A stretch of DNA of 64,000 nucleotides, taken from positions 1,178,001-1,242,000 of the forward strand of contig CP142728.1 of the NCBI GenBank assembly GCA_036630325.1, read 5' to 3'. Of the stretch, positions 44,853 to 56,181 are shown piece by piece. The stretch comes from Vairimorpha necatrix (lineage: Eukaryota). Position 1 is the first letter of the stretch. Each line of letters starts with the position of its first letter. The notes under the pieces were generated by a model. The model saw only the letters and a program-made list of their open reading frames with translations. It ran no database searches and had not been told where the DNA came from. A program made the translations under genes and the position numbers.

Positions 44853-45797
44853 TTATTCTCTTTTGATTTTTTTAGCATTCTTCTCTTCAATTTCACATTC
44901 CTCAATATTTTCTTCACTTTCGCTTACTGAATCTTCTCTCCATTTTATAAGGAAATTATGAACACTAGGAGGGACCATAACATTCATTTCAATATAATTG
45001 TAATTAATCTTATAACCTCTGAATTCGAAAACATCTTCAGGATTTTCGTCTTCGGAGATGGGCTTTTCTAACTCGGCATTGATTTTAGAAAATTCTTCAG
45101 GTTGAACTTTGTCTTCAGGATTGTCTTCAGTTTCGGCGAGTTTCTCGACCAAAGCTTCAGAAAAAGAGTTTGGTGCATTTTCATCTTTAACTTCTTCTTC
45201 TGCTTCTTCGCTTGTTTCACTGGTTTCTTCAGTTTCTTCCTCAGTTTCGCCTTCGACTGTTTCTTCTTCCTCAATTTCGCCTTCGACTGTTTCTTCTTCT
45301 CCTTCTTCACTTTCTTCTGAATCTTCATCAGTGGCTATTATGTCATCAAAGTTCTCATTGTCATCTTCTTCTTCATTCTCCTCATCTTCCTCAATCTCTT
45401 CTTCACTATCATCATTATAAAGAAGGTGCTCATTAGCTATTCCCGGATAATAAACATCAACTATATAACCTATTCTTATAAACTGTTCATCTTTATATTT
45501 CCCTACAATAATAATAGAAGTAAGTCCAAATAACTTATCATGAGGAATAAGTTTAATTTCAGGCGCATCAGCGTCAAGCGAAAACTTGATATTTCCTTTG
45601 GGAACAGGGAAAATCTCCGTCTCACTTAAAATTTGATCTCTAAATTCATTTTTAACATCAGCAGTATAAATAATCGTAAAAACAACACCTTCTTCTAATT
45701 CTTCTTTACAATGCATTTCTAAGTCAAATTCTAAAGGATCTGTGGCTTTGCGAATTGTCTCTTTTAGTTCAATTTTTTTTAGTGTAAGAAGTTCCAT
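44853..45797 (-). CDS. ASF1: Histone chaperone Asf1
   Basis: DQILS..FPVPKG..KF..ADAP and EQFIRIGY motifs; long acidic tail. Confidence 0.9.
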   Translation of the reverse strand: MELLTLKKIELKETIRKATDPLEFDLEMHCKEELEEGVVFTIIYTADVKNEFRDQILSETEIFPVPKGNIKFSLDADAPEIKLIPHDKLFGLTSIIIVGKYKDEQFIRIGYIVDVYYPGIANEHLLYNDDSEEEIEEDEENEEEDDNENFDDIIATDEDSEESEEGEEETVEGEIEEEETVEGETEEETEETSETSEEAEEEVKDENAPNSFSEALVEKLAETEDNPEDKVQPEEFSKINAELEKPISEDENPEDVFEFRGYKINYNYIEMNVMVPPSVHNFLIKWREDSVSESEENIEECEIEEKNAKKIKRE

Positions 45798-46170
45798 ATG
45801 GTTAAAAAATATTAATTTTTTTTAATAGAAAAATTAACGGGGCAACGGAAAAAAATAACAAATGAATATTTAAGATTAATATGAAACAAAAAAAGATTTG
45901 TGGAGTGTATGAAACATATTGAGGATAAATAAAGTTTTTTTTTAATTTGATAATTGATTTTTTAAATGTCATGAAGTGTCATTAATTGTTTATTTTGGGC
46001 CTTTTAAAAAGGCGGGAAAAGATCAGGAAACTGATCTTTAAGAAAAATCTAAAAATTCATTTAATGAATTTTTTAGAAAAAATTAACAAGTAAGTATTAA
46101 ACTTGAGAATAAATTTGGCTTTGAAGATTTACATGTAATTATTTGCCTGATATCTTTTATTCTAATAGAA

Positions 46171-46685
46171 CTAGCGTATGCTTTCCCGTTTTGAAAACGG
46201 GATTTATTTATTTTGTTTGTGGCATTTACTTCCTCCTTTGTTTTTTTAATCTTCCATTTTTGGTTTGAATAAGAAAAGAAATTGTACGTTTTGAAAAATA
46301 CTTTTTAGTAGCATATAAGGAGTAAAGTTGAGTTAAAAACATTTATGAGTCTCATTGAAATGATTCTGGGAATTTCTAAGCTCAAATTTTGACACCTATA
46401 TTCAACTTTTTCTTTGGTTAATGTTTTTGTGAATTTTTTCTAGAAGGGTTAAATAAATTCTAAAAAACAATTCTGACGATATTTTGGAACTGAGTTGTAC
46501 AGAAATAATAATTAAAACGAAAAAGTATTAACATATAGTATACGCATTTTTAATTATCAAATTGAAACATTAAATCTAAAAACACTATTATAGTAACATA
46601 ATAAGTGCAGAACATATCGTTTAGAAATTTCAAATTGGCAAAAAAGAGGGGTAAAAAATTAAATAAAATTCTTTTATATATATGA
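46171..46685 (-). mobile_element. Non-autonomous Helitron (~515 bp)
   Basis: Minus strand reads A|TCATATATATAAAAG ... tcccgtttt-c-aaaacggga hairpin, 9 nt, CTAG|T; no TSD. Confidence 0.7.
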
Positions 46686-48483
46686 TTTTGACGGGGTTGT
46701 GAAGTTTCTGTTAAAAATCAAAATTAACCTATCAATTTTGTTTAAAAAACAATGATGTGGAAACAAACTTCTTGTCAAAGTTTTAACAATTTTTCCTAAT
46801 TTTTCTTACATGTCAACAGTCAGAAAATCCATACCTGTAGATCATGAAAACATTTCGATTTTTTCATTGTCTGGAGCTTCTTTATTATGAACAAATTTCA
46901 CTTTTTCATGTTTTGTAATAGTAATTTCACTATAGTAACCAGTATAAAAATCCAATTATTTTCACACCTTTTAAATTATAGAATTGAAAAATTTACATCG
47001 TATTTATTAGAATTTGTTTAATAAAATGGATCTACTTCGCCATTTTGTTTGTTCTTTAATTCATTTTATTGAAAGAAAAGCTTGACAAAATATTTTTTGA
47101 TAAATTTTTATCTTTCGCTGAGGAAAGCAAAGAAATAAATAATAAGAAAAACAAACCGCTCTTAATCTTAGCCGGATGTCTTTTGTTGGAACAATGCGAA
47201 TATCTAGTCCATGGATATAATCGTGAAATTATATTTAATAATGTTCAGGAAGCTACCGCAGCAGAGTATTTTGTGAGGAGAATAGCGCATATTATTTATA
47301 TGAATAGTTTTTAATGTTTTTACACGTACATAACTAGTAAGTACATGAAAACAAAATCTAAACGACGAATAAAATATAAGCAAATTTGCCCGATTTATAT
47401 TTTTTAAGTACAAAATAGACTTGTCGTAGATAAATAATGGCTATACTTTTACAATTTTATCTCTTCTAATACCAGATAATCTACACCATAATATGCTTAC
47501 TACATGAAGGTTTCAGCGGAATCTCATCTTTTATCAATCTCTACATTTTCGTTCATGTTATACATTGCGTAACAGTCTTTGTAAAAGTTGAATAATTTTT
47601 ATTCATTTTATTGATTAATAAGACTACAATTGTATGTTTACATTAAGCTTACACCAGTGAGACAGATAAAATATTTTTTTTTGTGTACTCTAATAAGCAT
47701 GTAAATAAAATAGAAATTTTATCAACAAGCTATAATTTTTTTTTAATTTCTTATATAGCAAATACATTGTGTTTACAACACCTTGAATTATATGTTAAAA
47801 ACGTCATGACTCATACATAAGTTTTTGGAGAAACGAAAAGAATTTGATTTATTAAAGCACAAATTGTTGTAAAATAATGTAAAATAATGTAAAATAATTG
47901 CGATAGTAAATTTATATTTATAAATCGTATTCCGATATTTGAACATGCGTATATGGCAAATGTATTATCACAACATACATGTGATGTTTTTCCACAAATC
48001 TATCATATTGTCAATAAATTTAATATAAGAACTATAATGATACTACATCACTTTCAATGTATTAATTTATTAATAGAAACACTTGTCTTTTGACTAATGA
48101 TTTTTATCTGTCAGTATTTAGAATATTATGAGAAAAGCTATACATAGACGTTTTCTGTTTTTGTTTATAAACGAAAAAAATTATTTAAGATCACATTTCT
48201 ATTAAAATCGATTTGCAAAAGTTATACCTAAACATATTCTCGTTTTGTTTATAAACAAAAAATCAATTCGCGAAAATTCTATTCCTATTAGAAATTAATT
48301 ATCGAGTTCTTTTAATTTTTAATATAACAAACAATATTAGAAATGTAATGTCGTTATAAACAAAGTTAAAAGATCTATTTGATTCGAGATCCTTTTTAGA
48401 CAACTATTAAGTCGAAAAAATGCTCTATTATTGCGTATGGATGGTAATTAATATGAAATAAAAAATTAATTTTTACCCAATTA

Positions 48484-49428
48484 ATGTATTTCCACATTCT
48501 AACAGCTTTCTGCTCCGATGTGTTCAATAGTAAAAGCGAGGCGACAGTTTCAACAAACGAAAACCATGACGAGATTGTAGAAAATAAAACCACATCAATT
48601 TGTCATAGACTATTGATTAAAGAAAATATGATTAACAATGCAAAAGAAAACGTCCCTAACTCTGAGAATTTGAGATTTCAAACTTATAAAACGATTGAAT
48701 CGTTTTTAGAATGCGCCTCTAGTTTTGACCTGAACCAAGCACACGTGTTATCCGTTGTATTAGATAAAACGGAGGAAAATTATTTAAAAAATAATATTCA
48801 ATTGAACATAGATCAGGATATTGCTAAATATCTTTATCTTTTAACTAATCTGGGATTTTCAACTTGTTGCTGGAATTCGATAGATTTTTATATTGAAAAA
48901 TCGTCTGTTAGACTCAAAATTTCAAATGAAGACGACCATAATTCATATAGAAACTTACAAAAAAGCATTTATTACTGGACGAAAAATCCATCTATCATTA
49001 TAAATGAATTTTTAGAAGAGTTATCAAAACTAATTTTCAATTCTAAAATAAATGAAAAGGCAAAAATTTTATTATTCTACCAATTGCAATATTGTTATGA
49101 AGCTATGGATTACATTCATAAGCTATTGCCTTTTAGAGAAAATCGTAAAACTTTAAGCACCGAATTACTATTTAATTATATTCATCTAACTCAAAGATTA
49201 CCATTATTACTTTATAATATGAACTTACAAGAAGTCTTTCAGGATTTTTTTAAACTAGTTAATGAGCATTTCAATGAACAAGATCCTGTTTGTGTGGAGA
49301 TTATTGGGTTGGTGAAAGAATTATCTGATAGACTTAATATTACGTATAATGGAGTTAGTAGGTTTATTGAAACAATATCTGCAATGTCGAAAATACTTGA
49401 AAAGGCAGAACATAAAAGTTATATATAA
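48484..49428 (+). CDS. Orphan tandem family member 1, probably secreted
   Basis: 314 aa; MYFHILTAFC leader; shared QLQYCYEAMDYIH.LLP and DPVC motifs. Confidence 0.85.
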   Translation: MYFHILTAFCSDVFNSKSEATVSTNENHDEIVENKTTSICHRLLIKENMINNAKENVPNSENLRFQTYKTIESFLECASSFDLNQAHVLSVVLDKTEENYLKNNIQLNIDQDIAKYLYLLTNLGFSTCCWNSIDFYIEKSSVRLKISNEDDHNSYRNLQKSIYYWTKNPSIIINEFLEELSKLIFNSKINEKAKILLFYQLQYCYEAMDYIHKLLPFRENRKTLSTELLFNYIHLTQRLPLLLYNMNLQEVFQDFFKLVNEHFNEQDPVCVEIIGLVKELSDRLNITYNGVSRFIETISAMSKILEKAEHKSYI

Positions 49429-50919
49429 ACATTTTTATATACAAGATATTTTAAAAGTGTGCATTTTGACATCGATGTTCACTACATTTAGAATTGCAAA
49501 ATTATGCCTATTTTCTAAAGTGTACGGAATAAATTTAATGTTACATTAATTTATTGTAAATTACATACATGACATCTTAAGAACCTTTATAATTTTTATT
49601 AAAAAAGAATTAATAATTGCATATTGATATAATAAATTGTTGTTTATGTTAAATAATCGCAATAATAATTTTATTGTTTTGCATTCTTATTCGAGAAATC
49701 AAAGTAGTTTTTTACACCTGTAATATTTTTAGAATGCACATTTATGTGATTATATTGGTTTTATAATGCAGTTAACATCAAGTTCTTCTGTCAATTCAAC
49801 ATTTTAGCAAACAACTAATCTCGATATGTACATATTATAAGCGGGTGCTCAACATATGAATCTAATTTTATAAGAACTTAAAACTAACTTTTTGCCCGAT
49901 ATTTAACTATAGGACGACAATCAGTAGTAGATATAGACCGTTGTGTTGACTTTACCTCAGTGGCAGATTATGAAATCGGGTTAAATATCCGCGCGCGCCC
50001 TTGCGACTTTCGCCAAATGCTTACACCGACAACCTTCTTTACATCTTCTATGTGCGTATTCGGATGCAACTTTCCTAGACAAAATTATTAATAAGATATT
50101 ATAAATGCATAAGCTACAGTAATTCACTGTGCTGCTCTACAACCGTTATGCATAGTACGACATTAAGTTTATAAAGAGATTGTTTGACATTATTTAGGTC
50201 TATTATCCAATTAGAGAGCCAAAATTTATGAAATTACTGTTAACATTCAAATTTTTTTTTAATGACGTGATCGTGATCCCAAGAGCATAGGCTCAACAAT
50301 GAGTTTATTAATATTATAATATATTTTTACGAGCTAAAAAGAGAAAAGGTCAATTCATTTCTCTGCTAAAAAAAATATATATACTAATTCTTAGAATCCA
50401 ATAAAAAAGTTTAATTACGGAAGCAGTCAAATGCAAAGCATATAAAGAATAATTTATATTGTGTATCAAGTTCGAATAAAGTCGACAAGTGCAACATTGC
50501 CGATGCACAAAAAAATTTAAAGAATATATTTTTATAGCCTTAACACATAAACTCATTTAGATAATATGTACCTGGTAGGTATTAGTTTGACATATTAAGA
50601 GGGTAGCAACAGATTTTAATAAGCTATTAAATAAATTTAGTAACAAAACGTTTTAACTAAACAAGTCTTCTTAGGGCATAGCCCCAAAGCTTAATACTTA
50701 ATTATAAATCATCATTCAATCCAAAATACACAAAATAACCCATATAAGTCGGCTGAACGAGGAAATAATATAAGGATAAAGTTACTCATGTTACCGTTTT
50801 GCCGCCAGTTCCAATTAACTTGTGGTTGAATTAAACAGAGAGTCCATTATGTTAGATTATATGTTATAAATAGTAAATGTAAACGAAAACGATTATGATT
50901 AGCAGTCAAGACATTGTAT

Positions 50920-51300
50920 ATAAGTCGATAAAAAAGTTTAAAGCGTAAGTATGATGTTGGACATAAAGTAGAGAGAGTTAGATGCGGCTGAGTATAAAAA
51001 ATTATGACTACATTTTTTGATTAAATGGAATCGGCCTCATTAATGCACTGTTTTTTCCGTTAGGAGATAATTAAGTGTCTTTTCTACATAAAAAGGACAC
51101 AACAATAAAATGAATAAATTTGAATGCTGTACAGTGGATTACAACAAGTATTTAATGAATTATTTACAGGTGGTCATACAAACAAAATTGAAGGAAATGT
51201 TTATTTGTGAAATATTGAACTCGTAAGAAGAAAAACAATTGTTTTCTAATGTTAATTGCGAACCATGTTGTTAAGAAACTATAAGCAATATTTCCTACCA
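50920..51300 (+). pseudogene. Merlin (IS1595/ISXO2-like) transposase remnant
   Basis: KRKYDVGHKVERV at 50941, KGHNN..FECCTVDYNKY, then TGGHTNKIEGN at 51166, across frameshifts. These parallel Merlin KRKYNRG and HxTVNH..F...TGxHTNxIEG. Confidence 0.75.
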
Positions 51301-51868
51301 GAGGGCAAGTCCAGATGTATACTAAGACTTGCATTCCTAAGGAATAAGTTTTATATTGATAGATCTAATGTAAGACCATAAAGCAATTAAAAGTTGATGG
51401 CCAAAGCCACGCCCTATTATGTAATAGAATCCCCAAAAACGCTTATTTGACAAGTGTTTCTGATTAATAAATATCTTTAACATATCATTAGCAATTATAT
51501 AAACTATATCATGCCCGAGAAGATGCAAAACGACAGCTCAAAAGTCGCAATAAGAATAAAAAACAATATTACGTAGACAAACAAAAGTCGCCCTCACATT
51601 TTCAATGAAGGGCATTGTTAAGTAATTTATTTATTATATTTTCTAGAAATACCATGTTCACCCTCACGAAATCTTTTAGATATTTTCCAATTTTTAAACT
51701 CACAATCATCGCCTTTTCAGCGGACAAATGATCCAACATATGCACGAAAAACTCTCGACAATCAATAATGTTTTTTAAAATGGATTTCCTCTTTATATTT
51801 AAAAAATCAAGGGTAAAAAAAACTTAAAGTGATAAGAAATGCTTCAAAAATCATTTTTTGTTTAATCC

Positions 51869-52807
51869 ATGTTTTTTTATTATTTAGCAGCTATGTGTAC
51901 AAAAATTCCGGCAAATGTTTCAGAACTTCCTAAAACATCAGAAAACAACTTTAATGTCGAAGAACAGCGCAGTACCAAACGTACCATCGCTTTACTACGT
52001 CAGAAACTTCTTAGTAAGAAAAATATAACTGCAGAAGAAGAAGTTTCCACTTATACTGACACCTACAACTGGAAATTCCATCCTTATAAGAAATTGGTTT
52101 TAACATCAAAACGAGTCGACAATAATGAGCCACTTAATTTATCTGTTCAAAAAGAAAAAATAGCGAATAAAAAAATTTTAGAGAATAATATACAACCAAA
52201 TAAAGATCAGACAAATGAAAATATATTCATTCTACGTAAAAAGTTAAGGGAACAAATATATTTATGGGGAAGCAGCGATTCATATCTGAATGTCTCAAGA
52301 ACTTTTTTGCATTTTGAAGATGAAAAAGACCAAGTTCCATATTCGAAATTGAGAACTAAAACGTCGCCTTGGATTTGCACCACGTCCAGTATATTCACCG
52401 ACTTACTAGACCCATTGCATAAGTCAATATCTAAATATAAAATAGACGAAAAAACAAAAACCCGCTTATTGTGCCAATTACAATTTTGCAATGAAATTAT
52501 GGCTTACATTCATAGTCTTTTGCCCGTCAAAGAAAAATGGTTACATCTAAATACGAAATTGCTGTATAGCTATTTACGCATAGTCGACAGATTCCCAACT
52601 CTATTTCATGAGATGAACTTATTTGAAGTCTTCGATGATTTTATTAGATTATTTAGTAAATGTTCTAAAACTAAAGATCCTGTCTATTTAGAAATAGATG
52701 ACCTTATGAGGAAACTGGATGAACGACTTAATATCATTAATAACGGTCTTAATGACTTTATTGAGACAATTAATAGTTTAATCGAAATATGTAAAAACAC
52801 CTCGTAA
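51869..52807 (+). CDS. Orphan tandem family member 2, probably secreted
   Basis: 312 aa; MFFYYLAAMC leader; QLQFCNEIMAYIHSLLP and RFP.LF.EM motifs. Confidence 0.85.
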   Translation: MFFYYLAAMCTKIPANVSELPKTSENNFNVEEQRSTKRTIALLRQKLLSKKNITAEEEVSTYTDTYNWKFHPYKKLVLTSKRVDNNEPLNLSVQKEKIANKKILENNIQPNKDQTNENIFILRKKLREQIYLWGSSDSYLNVSRTFLHFEDEKDQVPYSKLRTKTSPWICTTSSIFTDLLDPLHKSISKYKIDEKTKTRLLCQLQFCNEIMAYIHSLLPVKEKWLHLNTKLLYSYLRIVDRFPTLFHEMNLFEVFDDFIRLFSKCSKTKDPVYLEIDDLMRKLDERLNIINNGLNDFIETINSLIEICKNTS

Positions 52808-54690
52808 AAATTTTAAATAAAAATTAAAAGTTTTGACATTTTCTTTCATGTATGCATATTTCATATAAAATTATAAAAAGTATATCTTTTACGATACATC
52901 ATGGAACTTCAATTATTATATAATGTCCAAATGCCCTCATTATATTTCTTACTCTTTAGTTTTTAATTTCTAAATATTATCATATAGAACATTTTTTAAA
53001 TGTAAAATTTTCTAATCAACTTTTATACGCAATAAAAGTTAGTTTCGGTTGGCGGGTTTTTTTCAAAATGCATGCTCATAGCTTTTCGTAAACAGCACTG
53101 TGATGATAAAAAAAGGTTCAATTTTTAAATTAAAGGTTTAGTAGATAATTCTTAAATGAAAAAAGTGTCTATGATAGAAGTACGGTGATTTATAAAACGA
53201 ACCACGTTTTGTGCAAAAAGATTTACATTCAAAGCAGAAAACATCATAATCATAAAATTAATTTCAATGTATATTTTTTTTTATGATTTTATAGTATAGT
53301 ATAAAAATCGATAACTGTTGTGAAAAATAAATGACAGTAAGCTTTCAGATAGCCCGGAATATCCTACAGATCATGTAACACACTGGCCGGAACACGTGTC
53401 GGCTAATGGTAATCATTGTCAATAGATTGCGCCCATTTGATTAGTAAAGAGGAGATATGTATTTAATACAAATTACATAAAAAAATATTATGTTTTTTAC
53501 GAAACATTTTTTCAAGGCCATTGAGTTCGTTACTCATAATTTGCATCACTGTGATTTTTTTAGCCAAGGTGAGTATAAACAGCGACATATGCTCTAGATC
53601 GAGTAATATGGACAAAAACAATTGTATTATGAGCAGTTTTTTTGTGCGTAGAATTTTACAATATCTATCAAATAGTGCATATAATGACGTACCTCAAATC
53701 GCATATTAGGATTGTCCCGTCATTAGATGCAAAGGAAGTTTAATGAAGCTCGTTTTTTGGTACATCTATTTAAAGACCGAAGATAGTTAAAAGAAAAATA
53801 TTAGAATTAATAAATCAATATAAAAGTAGATTATCTTTTTCAGTACGAAAAAAACGTATGGCAGATGGGCTGCACAATGAAAAACATATTGATGTGACGT
53901 AATCAAAACAAAGTCATGAATTATAGCCCGTAAAATGCCTTGTTTATTTATATAAAGTAGTTAATCAAATTATTAATATTGTTAAGAACAGATTTTTTTT
54001 TTGTGACACAAAGGAACCTAGATTGTTGCTATATATAGACAACAAATATAAATTATGTTCATTAATAATTTCGCACATTCAATATACGATAGTCACGCCT
54101 TTAAAACGGTTAATAAACTTAATATTCAAAAATCAAGACAAACTCTCGACATGTAAATTTTTTACTTCAATATTGGGTCTCATGTGGTATTATTTAGTAT
54201 TTTTTAAAACAATAGAAAAAACGAAAGTAAATATAATTATTCATATGTATTTGTCATTTCGCAGTTTGGCTATTCTGAGCATCATAATACAATATTTATT
54301 TTTTATATACAACAATATAGATAAATTTATTTATACTTAATAAAAACTTTGCTTGAAATATATGAAAAATCTTAGGTGTTTACTTGAAAAGATTTCCTTT
54401 ATTAAAATAATAGGTTGGCAATTTTTTTAGATCAAAATTCATCTTTCTGTGGGTATAAAGTTTTTGCTACTGAGGAATGATTATTTTTAAAGAACATCCA
54501 AACATTATCATTGTTCAAGTTTTGCACAAAAACACAACAAAACAGAAAATTAGGAATAATAAAGCTAAAATTCGTAAGGAATTATTTTCATTAAAATGTG
54601 TAGTAATAGATTTTTAAGTCAAGAGGATGCAAGCATTATTTCGTTAAAATTTAATTAATTATTAATAAAATCATTTTTTACACCCAAACC

Positions 54691-55641
54691 ATGTTTTTTT
54701 ATTTTGTAACAGCTATATGTTCTGAAATCACTGAAAAAAATACTAATGGTTTATCAACAAATGAAATATCAGCGGAGAAAGATCTTAATGTGTATAAAAA
54801 CATTAATACACTATTATGTCATGGAAAAAAGAATAGGAAAGACATAAAAAACTATAAGAATAAAAACTCCTCAGATTCTGGAACAAGTATAAATACTAGC
54901 TTTAATCTGTACAAAAAACGGAATTTAACAACAGAATACGGTTTTAAATGTGAAAAAAATGAATCAAAAGACTTCTTAGCTAAAAAAACGAAAATAGAAA
55001 ACGCGAATATTATAAGTGACAATAGACAATTTAATATTGATCAAACCATTTTTGAATATCGAATTCATATTATAAAAATAAAAGAACTTATTGTTAAATG
55101 GGATTTAGAAGATATCAATATGAAAGTCTCACGAACCAAAATTAAATTTGTAGATAAAACTGACTACGAGATGTATAGACATCTAAAGCAAAGAATAAAT
55201 AAATGGATAATCCCCACATCTACTATGGTTGATGATTTATTATTACCGCTGGATCATTTAATAGTTTATTCGGATATAGATATAAAAACAAAACAATTAC
55301 TATTCTGCAAATTAGAATTTTGTTACGAGGCCATGATTTATGTTCATAAAATATTGCCTACTAAAGAAAATAACAAACAGGTGGGTTATAAGCAATTATC
55401 TAATTATAAGGACATAACTAAAAGATTCCCTGTTTTATTTTTTGAAATGGGCTTAAAAGAAGTATTTCATGATTTCATCAAAACATTTCGTGAAAATTAT
55501 AATCCCAAAGATTTAGTCTGTATTAAAATAGTCTATTTATTGAACGATCTAGAAGATAGACTAAATATGGTTTTTAATGGCTTTGATAAGTTTATTAAAA
55601 ATATTATAAGTATGTCGAAATTACTTTATAAACTAGATTAA
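54691..55641 (+). CDS. Orphan tandem family member 3, probably secreted
   Basis: 316 aa; MFFYFVTAIC leader; KLEFCYEAMIYVHKILP and RFP.LF.EM motifs. Confidence 0.85.
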   Translation: MFFYFVTAICSEITEKNTNGLSTNEISAEKDLNVYKNINTLLCHGKKNRKDIKNYKNKNSSDSGTSINTSFNLYKKRNLTTEYGFKCEKNESKDFLAKKTKIENANIISDNRQFNIDQTIFEYRIHIIKIKELIVKWDLEDINMKVSRTKIKFVDKTDYEMYRHLKQRINKWIIPTSTMVDDLLLPLDHLIVYSDIDIKTKQLLFCKLEFCYEAMIYVHKILPTKENNKQVGYKQLSNYKDITKRFPVLFFEMGLKEVFHDFIKTFRENYNPKDLVCIKIVYLLNDLEDRLNMVFNGFDKFIKNIISMSKLLYKLD

Positions 55642-55957
55642 AATCTATTATTGAATTTTTATTCAAATGTCCTTTTTTATTAGTCTAGTCCAAATTTTTA
55701 CATTAATTTTTAGATTTTATATCAACATTTACTAAGTACTTCAAATTTTTTTAAAAAGGTATATAAAAATTTAACATTATTTAAATTTGAAAAAATATTC
55801 TACAAAGTATATGTTTAATTAATTTGTATTGAGGATTTAAGTAATAAATTTGTTAAAACTATTGAAAATGTTTACAGAATACTCTAACTTTCTAGTCAAC
55901 TTATTTTTATTTATCTTTGCTATATGTATGCTTTTAAGAGAAATTTCTTAATAAGTT

Positions 55958-56181
55958 TGTGGACTGATGGTTTCCCATCAGTCCGAGAAGAATGTTTTAG
56001 ACTAATATTTTTATTATTCTTCATACCCTTCTGGGCATGATTTTCTTTTATAATTTTAGGCGGGAAAATATCACCAATTTCCCTCCAAAAATTATACATG
56101 TAAAGAGGGAGAATACTTACAGCATGGTATTCTCAGATCTCCAGGGTAATCTTAGTATCACCGGAGATCTGTCCCCTGACA
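55958..56181 (-). repeat. 3' LTR
   Basis: Identical by eye to 59743-59966. Confidence 0.97.

Noticed and set aside
45068-45436. Overlapping alternate-frame and antisense ORFs in ASF1 (and similar ones in other genes)
   Set aside because: Shadows of low-complexity coding sequence.
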